Positions 38,928 through 51,319 of a stretch of DNA of 64,000 bases are shown one piece after another; the stretch's first letter is position 1, and the number at the start of each line of letters is the position of its first letter. Source of the DNA: Mobula hypostoma. Its lineage: Eukaryota. Both the position numbers and the translations under genes were made by a program. The DNA lies in assembly GCF_963921235.1 (NCBI RefSeq), contig NC_086108.1, forward strand, positions 73,782,001 through 73,846,000. Reading direction: 5' to 3'. Under the pieces are notes generated by a model. The model saw only the letters and a program-made list of their open reading frames with translations, was not told where the DNA came from and ran no database searches.

Positions 38928-39105
38928 TAACACACAAAATGCTGGAAGAGCTCTGCAGGGTCAGGTAACATATGTGGAATGAAATGAACAGATGACATTT
39001 CGGGCCAAGACCTTTCATCAGATGCCTGACCTGCTGAGTTCCTCCAGCACTTTGTGTGTTTGTTTCTTAAGGTTTCCAGCATCTACAGAAATCCTTGTGT
39101 CTCTG
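38928..39105. mobile_element. Short fold-back Penelope-derived element with a minus-strand hammerhead remnant in its loop
   Basis: Arms acacacaaaatgctggaagagctc / gagttcctccagcactttgtgtgt. Between them the minus strand reads CUGAUGA-AAG-gucuugg-CCC-GAAAU-GUC. Confidence 0.75.
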
Positions 39106-40339
39106 CTAACTCCTAGCCCCTCATTTCTATTGACGAGTTCTCAATCAATGCCAGTTTATTTCCCCAATCCTCAATCTCATTTTATGCATAATTGCATTGT
39201 ACTTATCAAATGCCTTCTGAGATGCCAAGTACACCAGACATATTGGTTCCCCGCTTATCCATCCTGTCAGTTTATCTTCAAATAAGCTATAATAAATGTG
39301 TCAAACATGATTTTCCTTTCATAAACCCACACTGACTCTGCCCATTCCTGTTATTATTTACCATTTTCTACTACTTCTTCCTTAGTAACAGATTCCTGCG
39401 TTTTCCCCACTACTGATGTCTGATTAAATGCTCTGTCATTCTTTTTTTCCTCTTTCTCTCATTGCTTAAGCAGTGCTACCTTCGAATCTGCCCCAGAATC
39501 TATCAGATTTTAGAATTTGATAACTTGTATCTACACAATCAACCAGCTCCTTCAACACCTTAGGCTGCAAGTCATAGATGCTCTGGAGTAATGGCTGTTG
39601 AAGTCTCATTAATTTCTTACTGATGCTAATATCTTTCCTCTTCACATTCACTCTGGACCTGTTGTTCTTTATTATTTACATTTTGAAGATTTACATACAA
39701 TTTCCACTTCATGCCCCATCTATTTCTTAACTCCAGCCGAACTGATGTGACTACGGATTTGCTTATTCTTCCAGTGAATTTAGCACACCAATTGCAAAGT
39801 TCCCAAGATACATGAGCCTGGACAATTGCAGTTTATGCCCTGTCCAAATCATGAAACTGTTCAATATGGGGAATAAATCTGCAACATTTGTGTCCACAGT
39901 ATTCTGAGACAAGAAATGGTAGTTTTGAGCTTTAACAGTGGGTAGCCTCTAAACCTTGGTCGTATAGCTTTGGGATTGATTATGACTCAAAGTTCAACTT
40001 CTGGTTGGAGTAATTTTTATTTTACGACATTGTACTCCAAATAAGTATAAGAGGTCCCAGCTATGATGCCCTGAAAGCCAACTCAGATGCAAAATGGCAA
40101 TACTGAACCATACTTGAATCACAGAAGGATACTCGAGAACTGTGGTGAGGTTTGAATGCTATCACCTCCTACAAAGTAAAACCAAGCAACATGTGCCACA
40201 GCATGTTCTTGCTCCCAGAGGAGCTCATTGAGTTTCATGGCTACTTTGACCGGCAGAACATGCAGGAACTTCACGTAACTCCCACAGCCACTAACAACTT
40301 GTGATTTCAGTCTCTGAGGCTGGCATGAGAGCATTCTTC

Positions 40340-43300
40340 GAAGGGGTGAACCCATAAAAAGCAGCTGTTCCAGACAGTGTACCTGGCTGTGTACTAAAGA
40401 CCTGTGCTAATCAACCAGCTGGAATGTTTACTGGTATCTTTAACCTCTCGTTTCAGCTATCTGAGATACCAAACTGCTTCAAGCTGGCTTCAATCATGCC
40501 AGTGTTCAAGAAGAACCTAGTAACTTGCCTTGGTGCCTATTGTCCAGGAACACTTGCATCCACTGTGATGAAGCGCTTTCAGAGGTTGATCATGAGACAT
40601 ATCAACTGCTGCCAAGAAGAGCGTTAGATCCGCTTAATTTGCCGACCATCACAAAAGGTCAACAAGATGCCATTTCATTGGCTCTTCAGCTTTGGAACAT
40701 CTGAACAGTGAAGATGCATATATCAGGATGCTCTTCATTGATTATAGCTCAGTATTCAACAATATCATCCCCTCAAAACTAATCAATAAGCTCCAAGATC
40801 TAGGTCTTGATACTTCCTTGTGCAAGTAGATCCTCTATTTCCTTATTTGCAGATGCCAGTCAGTAAGGACATGAAGGGACATGGAGAGAAAGCAGGAGAT
40901 TGGAGCTGAGACAAAAATTGGATCTGCCATGATGAAATGGCAGAGCTGACTCAATGGAACAAATAGCTTAATTCTGCTCCTATATCCTATAGTCTTATAG
41001 TACAGATCGGCAACAACATCTCCACAATTACCATCAGCACAGGTGCACCACACAGCTGTATGCTTCACCCATGTCTAATTGCTTTATACTTTCAAAATTC
41101 AAAGTAAATTTATCATCAAAGTACATATATATAACCATATATTACCCTGAGATTCATTTTATTGTGGGCTTTCAAAGTAATTAAAAAGAAACAATAGAAT
41201 CAATGAAGAAATGCACATGACAGAAATGGACAAATAATGAGCAAAAAACAACAAACTGCAAACACAGAAGAGAAAATAATAATAAATATATAAGCAACAA
41301 AATATTGAAAACACGAGTTATAGTGAGTCCCATAGGGTGTGGAATTAGTTCAGTGTTGGGGGTGAATGAAGACATCCCCTCTCTGGTTGAGGGGCAATAA
41401 CTGTTCCTGAGCTGGTGGTGTGGGACCTGAGGCTCCTGTCCCACCTTCCTGATGGAAGCAGTGAGAAGAGATTGGATGGTGGCGATCCTTGATGATGGAT
41501 GCTACTATCCTGTGGCAGCACTCGGCGTAAATGTGCTCAACGGTGGGGTATGGTGGGGGGGGGCATGTATAATTAAGATTCAAATTTCGGTTGTGAAGAA
41601 GACGAATGCAACATTGGCATTCATTTCAAGAGGTATAGAATATAAGAGCCGGGATGTATGTTGAGGCTCTATAAGGCACTTATGAGACCACACATGGAGT
41701 ATTGTGTGCAGTTTTGGTCTCCTTATTTTAGAAAGGATATACTGACATTGGAGACGGTTCAGAGAAGATTCATGAGAATGATTCCAGGAATGAAATGGTT
41801 ACCCTATGAGGAACGTCTGGCAGCTCTTGGGCTGTATGCCCTAGAGTTCAGGAGAATGAGGGGGGATCTCATCTAGGGCAAGAGGGCACAACTTCAGGAT
41901 TGAAGGATGTTCTTTTAGAACTGAGATCCGGAGAAATTACTTTAGTCAGAGGGTGGTAAATCCGTGGAATTTGTTGCCACGAGCAGCTATGGAGGCCAAG
42001 TCACTGGGTGTATTTAAGGTAGAGATAGATAGGTTCTTGATTAGCCAGGGCATTTAAGGGTATGGGGTGAAAGCAGGGGAGTGGGGATGACTGGATGAAG
42101 TGGATCAGCCCCGTGAGTGAATGGCAGAGCAGACTCGATGGGCCGAATGGCCTACTTTTGCTCCTAAATCTTATGGTCTTATGGTCTAAAATTCAAGGTT
42201 CAAAGTTATGATGCTGAGGACAAGTAGAGCTCCAAACCATCTTTAAGTTTGCTGACTTTGACTGTTCTTGAACAAATCAAAGGTGACAAATCAGCATATA
42301 CAAGGGAGATTGAAAACCTGACTGAATGGTGTTACAACATTACTCAACATCAAAGCCAGAGAGCTGATTATTGACTACAGGAGGAAGAAACAGGGGGTCA
42401 ATGAGCTAATCCTTAATAGGAAATTGGAAATGGTGAGGATCAATAACTTTAAATCCTTTGGCATTATTGTTCTGGGACTAACACTCAAGTGCCATTTCGA
42501 AGCTTGGAATGGGACATATAAAATGTTGAGAGGAATTGGCAGGAAGATTGTTTTCTCATGCTGTAAAATCTGGAAGTAGTCTCAAGTTAAAGGGTTGACT
42601 GCTTCAAGATGAGGTATTTGCGTTCACAGATAATTATGAATTGTCAAAATTCTGACTATTATTGGGCTTAGGATGGTCAGCCACTTAAGAATTTGGGAGG
42701 AAGAAAACAAGGGTCCATGAGCCATTTCTCAATAGGGATTGGAGGTGGAAACGGTAAGTAACTGAATTCTTCAGTGCTATCAAATTAGTGGATGTGTATA
42801 TGCCATTTCAAAGAAGGCACAGCAACATCTCTACTTTCTAAGAAGTTTTGCACAGACTTGATACGTCATCTGAAACTTGACTAACTTCTATAGATGCGTA
42901 GTAGAGAGTATCCTAACTGGTTGCATCATGGCCTGGTATGGAAACACCAAAGCCCAAGAATGGAAAAACTTACAAAAGGGGTGGACACAGCCCAGTACAT
43001 CACAGGTAAAACCCTCACCACCATTGAACACATCTACAAGGAGTGCTGCTATGAGGAAGCAGCATCCATCATCAAGGACCTCCACTATCCACACCACGCT
43101 CTCTTCTCATTGCTGCCACAGTTAAGTAGGTACAAGAGCCTTAGGTCCCACATCACCAGGTTCAAAAACAGTCACTATCCTTCAAACATCAGGTTCCTGA
43201 ACCAGTGTGGATAACTTCACTCACCTCAATGATAAACTGATTCCACAACCTAGGGACGTCACTTTCAAACACTCTGCAGCTCATGCTCTCAGCATTATTT

Positions 43301-43500
43301 AATTGTAATTATTATTAGGTTTTTTTGTATCTGCACAGTTTGTCTTCTTTTGCACATTAGTTGTCAATCTCTGTGTGTAATTTTTCATTGATTATATTAC
43401 ATCTTTTGTCTTACTCTGAATGCCTGCAAGAAAATGAATCTCTCGGTAATATATGGTGACATATACATGCTTTGATAATAAATTTACTTGAACTTTGAAC
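40340..43500 (+). mobile_element. Rex1/Babar-type LINE with nested CR1 tail (about 40865-41000), inverted Rex1 3' piece (about 41095-41570), CR1 3' end (about 41588-42187) and an old CR1 piece
   Basis: Collinear motifs IFNLS...[37 protein letters not shown] and AASIIKDLHYPHHALFSLLP across interruptions. The nested CR1 has [19 protein letters not shown]. Confidence 0.82.
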
Positions 43501-44811
43501 ATTGATTGCAGGAATGAAACTGCCTTTCTAGAAAAGCCAGAGCAATCAGGTATACGCTGTTGACATGAGAAGATTGAGAAAATCATTGATACTCACAGGA
43601 TTCTGACAAGGCTGACCACGGTAAGCGTGATAAGCCTTGGGAGGATACTGTGAGGATGCTTCTTCTGGTGGCAGAATCTAAAACCTGGAGTACATATTTT
43701 CAGGAAAAGAAAAAAATTAAGGAGTAATTTCCTGTTTGTAATCTATTTTCTATCCAGATAACTGTGGATGTTATCAAGGTTGTTTCAAGCTAAAATGGAT
43801 TTTTTTGGACAACAGGAGAAATCTAGAAATAAAAGGATCCGGCAGGAAAGTGGAATAGAGGCCATTGATCGATCTACCATTTAAAATTGGAAAAGTGTCA
43901 TTCTCCCAGCATCATTATTTACCACAAAGTGAATCATTATTTAAAGCAAAAAAGGGAAAAATTAATTAGAACAGAGCTAACGTAACTCACTCCTTGTATA
44001 TAAACAAAAAAAAAACACAGATCAGGTGCTTTCATTGAAAAAGCAAATACAACATTTGGTAAAATAATACCTAGCCTGGAAACTATTCAGGTTAAATTAA
44101 AAGTGAAGTGAAAAAAAATCAAAATTCCCAGCCACAGAACATGATTCAATGTACTAAAATAATGGAAGCTTAGAAAGCAGTAACTGTGTATTCTGTTTTG
44201 CTGCAAAGAAATCTGGATGTTACATAGAACCAAAAGGGAAGATAAAATGGAGATACAAGCCAGTCGTTGAAGAGTGTTAAAAGTCTTTCTTATTTTGTGA
44301 AATGGGATCAATAGGCAGAAACCACAGCACAGGGATACTGACAAGTGGGACCACTTCACAATGTACAAATACAAACAATGCTGCGCTGTGTATCCTTCTG
44401 CTCAGTTTTGAAAAGGTCAGCCTTTCGTTTTCTTTCAATATTCACCAACACCAGCCTGGCATGGTGCCCAGCATTCTCCAAAAACACAAGCTACTGAACA
44501 CTGCATTGCCCTTCAATTGGTAAAATAAAGCCTAAATATTTCATGCATACAATATCCCATTAATTGAAGATAATTTGCTGTAAAAATCATTAAATGGCAT
44601 TTGCTTTATTCATAACTGATTTGCTTCAAAACAATACCACAGCATTATTTTTAAAATATGCTCCCGTATCTTATGCAGCTCAAATCTTTTCAGTAATACT
44701 TGCACAATTTTCTGGGTCACAGACGTACGACAATCATAGTAACATGATTTCTGTAACACAACACTACAGCTTTCACAGAATTACAGCAGAATGGAGAATA
44801 AAAGACTGTAC

Positions 44812-44885
44812 CTTTTAGAACGTCGAAGCATGCTTGTGTCTGGCATAGAGAAATTGGAGAGCAGAGTCCAAAAAGAGTCAGACAT
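44812..44885 (-). CDS. MAST2: MAST-family kinase, ATG-containing (alternative) first coding exon, 74 nt: MSDSFWTLLSNFSMPDTSMLRRSK(S)
   Basis: Minus strand reads ATG TCT GAC TCT TTT TGG ACT CTG CTC TCC AAT TTC TCT ATG CCA...TCT AAA AG|gtacag. The peptide resembles the MAST1 N-terminus (MSDSLWTALSNFSMP...RRTKS). The phase-2 end joins the phase-2 start of the exon at 20769 to form AGT (Ser). Confidence 0.88.
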
Positions 44886-44904
44886 GATCCTTTATACTTG
44901 TCAT
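44878..44904 (-). promoter_or_regulatory. Out-of-frame upstream ORF (MTSIKDHV*) overlapping the kinase start codon
   Basis: gcagccATGACAAGTATAAAGGATCATGTCTGA on the minus strand. The uATG is 19 nt upstream of the main ATG and the stop lies just inside the main CDS. Confidence 0.55.
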
Positions 44905-45689
44905 GGCTGCAGAATACGGTACTCTCTAACCACTTAGAGCTCAGCTTTTCCCTCTAGACTACTAGGTTATTCCATTAAGGTTACTCAGAAAGGCACAGTG
45001 TTTGTGCTGTCTGCTCTGCTGTCTATTGATTATGCCTGGCTTCCTCTGTGAATGCAGGTAATAGAAATTCAAGCTGGACTGACTGTACTTTCATCAGCTT
45101 ACTGCACTGCAACAAAGTCATTCATGATCAAAGGATCAACTGCTGCCACATTAACCATTCAATGTTATTTTTTAGTCAAAGCTCTTTTATAAAATCAGGT
45201 GAAATTAATATACTCCCTCTGATCTGAGGAATACGAACTGCATCTAATGCTTAATATCATTTTTCCACAATTTTATGAAAGTGTGCAAACACAAAGTACA
45301 ACAGCATACAACAGCATGAGATTACTCTAAAACATTCTTCTTTCTGATTTCAAGCTTAAAGAAAAATGAATACAGAAGATTAAACAAACACATTTTTGAA
45401 ACAACTGTGATGAATGGTATTGAGAATTTTATTTTTAACCTTATGAGATATTATTTTAGAGCTGGTTACAAAGACAACATTCAGAGCATTTGACGCACAG
45501 TGGCCAGAGACAAATACTGGAAATGAAGATAAATGTACACATTTGGAGTTCGAACAAGGAGATTCTCTCAAGGGTACAGAGTTTCCATTGCAGTTTGAAG
45601 CCACACAGTTTGTTTGTCTTCATATTACCCAACATTTTTATTGTTAATATGTACTCTATCCTGAAGTAAACCTGGATAAACATAAAACC

Positions 45690-46990
45690 ATACACAACAG
45701 GGAAGCAGATGAGCTCAGCATATGGATAGGCACAAGGGATTGTGATATTATAGCTATAAGAGAAACATGGATAGGACTGGCAGCTCATTCTTCCAAGATA
45801 CAGATGCTACAGATGAGAGTAAGAGAGGAGGGGAAGGGGATTTTACGATTAGGGAGAACATCACGACAGTACTTTGAGAGGATATTCCTGGAGAACGTCC
45901 ATTGAGGCAATGTAAATCTTAGAAATAGGAAATGGATGATCATTTTGAAGTGGTTGTATTATATCCTCCCCACTACCCCCAGTAGTCAGCAGGAGTAAAG
46001 GGAGTACATAGCTGTAGGAATAATAGAATAGTAATAGTAGTTGATTTGAACTTCCCTGATATTCAATGGGTCAGACAAAGTTCTAAGGGATTAGTTAGGG
46101 TACAACTTGTTAAATGTGGACAGGAACATTTCCTCAAGCAATATGTAGATGGCCCTATCGCATTCAGCTTTAAAACAGTTATTTTAAAAAGTAAAGGCTT
46201 GTTCTCAAGTTAAAGTCCAAAATTAGGGCAAAGTTAATTTTGATGGTATTAGAAAGGAACTTGCAAAGACTGAGAGATGATGTTACCAGATACAGGAATG
46301 TCTAGAAAGTGGCATGTTTGTAAAAGTGAGATAAGGAGAACTCAGGGCAAACATGTACATGTTAGAGTGAATGCAAGGCTATCAGGATTAAGAAACTCTG
46401 GCTGAGGGGCGATTGTAAAGCTCAGGGAAAAGGAAGCATATGTCAAGAATAGGGATATATCATCAAGGATCAAGAGAATTCATTGTGTTTAAGGCATGGA
46501 GGAGTACACCTGAGAGAGAAATCGGTAGAGCAAAAAGAGGCAGATAAGGTAAAGCTGAATCCTAATGAAGCTATAAGTATATTAACAGCAAAAGGGTAAC
46601 TAGGGAGAGAATTGACCCAATTAAGGATATATGTTTGGAGCCAAGGAAGATGGATATGGTGTTAAATGAAGACTTCTTATTTATATCTACAATGGAGAAG
46701 GGCAAAGTAGATGAAGAATTCAGGAAAGACAATGGTGATATCTTGAAACATTTCCATGTTGCAAAAGAGAAGGTGATAGCAGTCTTAAAGTACACAAATA
46801 TGGATGACTCTCCAAAGCATGACTAAGTGTATTCTAGGACATTGTGGCAAACTAGTGAATAAATTGCTGGGGTCCTGGCAGAGATACTTGCATCATTATA
46901 AGTCATAGGTGATGTATTAGATAATCAACATGGCTTTATATGTGGGAAATAGAGTCTCACAAATTTCTTAAAGTTTATTTTTGAAGAGCT
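45690..46990 (+). mobile_element. Old, highly degenerate CR1 ORF2 5' region (endonuclease and linker)
   Basis: K.DEL.AWI...CDIIAIRETW and D.NFPDI.W-type motifs; YKYINSKRVTRERI. Confidence 0.7.
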
Positions 46991-46999
46991 GTCCACAAG

Positions 47000-48250
47000 G
47001 ATTAGAGTTATAGAGTGATACAGTGTGGAAACAAACTCTTTGGCCCAAAGGTAGTCCCAGTTGCCCACATCTGGCCCATTGCTTCTAAACCACTCCTATC
47101 CATGTACTTATTCAAATGTCCTTTGAATGTTGTTATTGTACCTGCTTCAATCATTTTCTCTAGCAGCTCATTCTATTTATGCACCTATCTCAACTCACAC
47201 CTTAAACCTATGCCTTCTAGTCTTTAAGTGCTCATACCCGGGGGAAAGGGGTATGTACATTAATCCTATCTGAACCCATCATGACTGTATACACACCTAC
47301 AAGGTCACTCTCAATCTCTTACATTATAAAGTCTTGTTCCTCAGAATCCCCTCCAGTAACTTACCCACCACTGATGTCAAACTTATTAACTTGTATTTCC
47401 CTGCCTTGTCTTTGCTGCTGCTCTTAAATAATAGTACATCTATAGCCACCCTTCATTCTTCCAGAACGAGGGGTCACAGTTTGAGGATAAAAGGGAAGCC
47501 TTTTAGGTCCGAGATTAGGAAAAACTTCTTCACACAGAGAGTGCTGAATCTGTGGAATTCTCTGCCACAGGAAACAGTTGAGGCCAGTTCATTGGCTATA
47601 TTTAAGAGGGAGTTAGATATGGCCCTTGTGGCTAAAGGGATCAGGGGGTATGGGGGTAGGCTGGTACAGGGTTCTGAGTTGGATGATCAGCCATGATCAT
47701 ACTGAATGGCAGTGCAGGCTCGAAGGGCCAAATGGCCTACTCCTGCACCTATTTTCTATGTTTTCTATGTTTCTCTGGAACTTCACTTGTGGTTAAAAAC
47801 AAAATAGATAGCTCTGCAATAACCTCTGCAATTTCTTCTCTAGTTTCCCATAAGCTATGAGATTGCACTTTAAGGCCACCAATATTTTCTCCCTGGCAAT
47901 TGGTATGTGTTCCAAGAAATCATCACTCATTTCTTCAGCATCCATTAATTTCTTCACAGTAAAAAATGAGAATTGTTCATACAAATCTCATCCCCTAGCC
48001 ATTATTTATTAAAAACCTCACCCATTGCTAGATGACCATGCTGATCTTTCACCAGGATCTGTTCTCTCCCTTGTCACCCTTTCAATATATCTATAGAACC
48101 TCTTGGGAGTTTCCTTAAATTTACTTGCCAGATCCATTCATACCTCTTTTAGCCCTCCAGATTAACCACTTAAGTGTACTCTCATCCTTTTAAGGTTTTG
48201 AGGCATTCACTGGTTCCTGATTCCCTGAACCCAATGTTTGCCTCCTTCTT
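47000..48250 (-). mobile_element. Old minus-strand CR1 fragments containing a young plus-strand CR1 3' end (about 47463-47772)
   Basis: The young piece encodes RTRGHSLRIKGKPFRSEIRKNFFTQRVLNLWNSLP and ends (ttttctatg)2. Confidence 0.8.
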
Positions 48251-48284
48251 TTTCCCTATAGAGCAGGAAAAAGATTTGAGAGAC

Positions 48285-49460
48285 ACAAATAACAGGAATA
48301 CTGCAGATGCTGGAAATTCAAGCAACACACATCAAAGTTGCTGGTGAACGCAGCAGGCCGGGCAGCACCTCTAGGAAGAGGTACAGTTGACATTTCAGGC
48401 CGAGACCCTTCGTCAGGACTAACTGAAGGAAGAGTTAGTAAGAGATTTGCAAGTGGGAGGGGGAGGGGGAGATCCAAAATGATAGGAGAAGACAGGAGGG
48501 GGAGGGATGGAGCCAAGAGCTGGACAGGTGATTGGCAAAAGAGATATGAGAGGATCATGGGACAGGAGGTCCGGGGAGAAAGACAAGGGGGGGGGGACCC
48601 AGAGGATGGGCAAGGGGTATAGTCAGAGGGACAGAGGGAGAAAAAGGAGAGTGAGAGAAAGAATGTGTGTATAAAAATAAATAACGGATGGGGTACGAGG
48701 GGGAGGTGGGGCATTAGCGGAAGTTTGAGAAGTCAATGTTCATGCCATCAGGTTGGAGGCTACCCAGACGGAATATAAGGTGTTGTTCCTCCAACCTGAG
48801 TGTGGCTTCATCTTTACAGCAGAGGAGGCCGTGGATTGACATGTCAGAATGGGAATGGGATATGGAATTAAAATGTGTGGCCACTGGGAGATCCTGCTTT
48901 CTCTGGCGGACAGAGCGTAGGTGTTCAGCAAAGCGGTCTCCCAGTCTGCGTCGGGTCTCGCCAATATATAGAAGGCCATATCGGGAGCACCGGACGCAGT
49001 ATATCACCCCAGCCGTCTCACAGGTGAAGTGTCGCCTCACCTGGAAGGACTGTCTGGGGCCCTGAATGGTGGTAAGGGAGGAAGTGTAAGGGCATGTGTA
49101 GCACTTGTTCCGCTTACAAGGATAAGTGCCAGGATGGAGATCAGTGGGGAGGGATGGGGGGGATGAATGGACAGGGGAGTCGCATAGGGAGAGATCCCTG
49201 CGGAAAGCAGAGAGGGGGGGGAGGGAAAGATGCGCTTAGTGGTGGGATCCCGTTGGAGGTGGCGGAAGTTATGGAGAATAATATGTTGGACCCGGAGGCT
49301 GGTGGGGTGGTAGGTGAGGACCAGGGGAACCCTATTCCTAGTGGGGTGGCAGGAGGATGGAGTGAGAGCAGATGTGCGTGAAATGGGGGAGATGCTTTTG
49401 AGAGCAGAGTTGATAGTGGAGGAAAGGAAGCCCCTTTCTTTAAAAAAGGAGGACATCTCC
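48285..49460 (-). mobile_element. Young 5'-truncated Neptune-type Penelope-like retroelement: RT C-terminal tail, Cys linker, GIY-YIG endonuclease, 3' UTR and hammerhead-bearing terminus
   Basis: FFKERGF, RVPLVLTYHP, linker GTYPCKRNKCYTCP, and GIY-YIG domain HFTCETAGVIYCVRCSRYGLLYIGETRRRLGDRFAEH...VATHFN...RLEEQHLIFRLGSLQPDGMN (48714-49040). Confidence 0.95.
48385..48420 (-). ncRNA. Minimal type I hammerhead ribozyme motif, near-complete
   Basis: AGUC-CUGACGA-AGG-gucucgg-CCU-GAAAU-GUC-AACU. It differs from the inferred consensus by two CpG-type transitions. Confidence 0.8.
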
Positions 49461-49579
49461 GAGTTGGGTGACAGGCATTATCTACACAGACTTTAGCAAG
49501 GTCTCTGAAAAGGGGCCCAAAGGTAAACTGAAAAGTTAGATTATATGGAATTCAGAAAGTTATCACCTAGTGGTAGTTT

Positions 49580-50045
49580 TAAAAGGATGTGATTAAGCTA
49601 GAAAGGGCACAGAAAAGTTTCATAATGATTCTTCTGTGAAGGAATGGTCTGAATTAGTGGGAGAGACTGGACAGGCTGTTTCCCTGGATTAAAGGAGGCT
49701 AAGGGGTGACTTTAAAGTGGATCATAAAATCATGAAGGGGCATAGGTAAAGTGGATGGGTGCAGTCTTTTCCCAGGGTTAATGAGTGTTAGACTAAAGAG
49801 CATAGTTTTAAGGTGAGAAGGAAAAGATTTAAAAAGCACCAGAGAGGCATTTATTTCACACAGAGGGTGTTAGGTATATGGAACAAGCTGCCAAAGGAAA
49901 TAGTAGAGGTAGGTACAATTACGGCAGTTGAAAGATATCAATAGTAAAGTTTTAGAGATGTAGAGTTTTATAGAGATATAGTAAATGGGACTAGTTCAGG
50001 AGGACATCCTGGTCAGCAAGGACAAATTAGGCCAAAGGTCCTATA
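49580..50045 (+). mobile_element. Old CR1 3' fragment
   Basis: aggaggctaaggggtgac, tttttcccaggg, tttcacacagagggtg motifs. Confidence 0.7.
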
Positions 50046-51319
50046 TGGAGTGATTGATTTCTGCACCACAGATTTCCCTACCTTTTGTGTTTTCAGAGGG
50101 GAAAGGGAATCAATTTCATGCTGCAAAAGAAATATTTTAAGCAAAATGAAATGCTTGAATTGGAGGACGTAAAGCTCCAAAATCAGTAAAGGTCAGTACA
50201 GCTTCTGTAGTATCACATGGTACATTGCACTGTAACAACATATGCTTCAATACTTTATTTCGTGCAGCTGACTGCACTCGAGAACGTCAATTTTAGCACC
50301 AAAATGTGTGTAATATTCTTCTATCCAGATGCACTAAGGTGAATTCAAACAAACATCTAACACAAAACAAAAAATCATTTGTGAAATCAGCAGGAAGATT
50401 ACAAATTCAAGGGCATTCAATGAACGCTTGCCAAATTATAAGGAAAATACATATTTTTAATATGAATTTATTTAAACACCAGATTTTTTTGCCAAATAAG
50501 ATTGCCAGCTGGGGAAAACAAGTACTTTTATATCTGCTCAGTGTTGGTTGGAAAAATATGTATTTAAAACCATTAAAGCCTTGTTAGTAGATGTTCTCTG
50601 AGTAAAACACAAAAGAATTGAGCTAAAGATCATATTTCCAATTTAAAGTCAGAAAAAAATCCACTCCCATCATGGAAAATACAACAGCAGCAAAAAAAAT
50701 AGCAAGGATCAAGAAACAGAAATTCATGATAACGGTAAACTTGCTTGTTACAAACGAGACTGGCTAAGGCAAGATTGCATGATTAAGCTGAAAGCTAGGG
50801 TTTACAGCTTTGCTTAAAGTGGCTGCCCCTCAGTTTTTAGCTCAATTTTCAATGCACCTGATTTGATACAGAGAGGCGTGGATAACATTTTAAATAAAGA
50901 TTTTTGAGAGTATTTTTCTGGAATCATTTAGAGCAAATTGTTTGTTTATCTCTTGAATCATTTCTTTCACAACCACATTGTCCATAGAGGTAATTTCTAC
51001 CAGTAATCTTGAATCTTTCCTCAACAATTTGGAAACAAAGGACAAGACCCTTTTATGACCACCTAAAATATTATTCAATTTATTTGTTTTCCTTTATTTT
51101 ATTCACTGATGATCAAGGAAAAATATTCTGCAGATTTCAAAATTTAGGCCAGATCATACTGATCCACTCCTCATACCCATAATTTCTAATGGCCTAACCA
51201 TACCTGCACTTAACTGGGCTGGGCATGGAGAGGCTCTCTCCCATCACAACTTCAGAGTGCCACAGTGTGGCCTGCAAGGATCAGAGCATCATGTACGACA
51301 GTGAGCAAAGATCCCTGAC

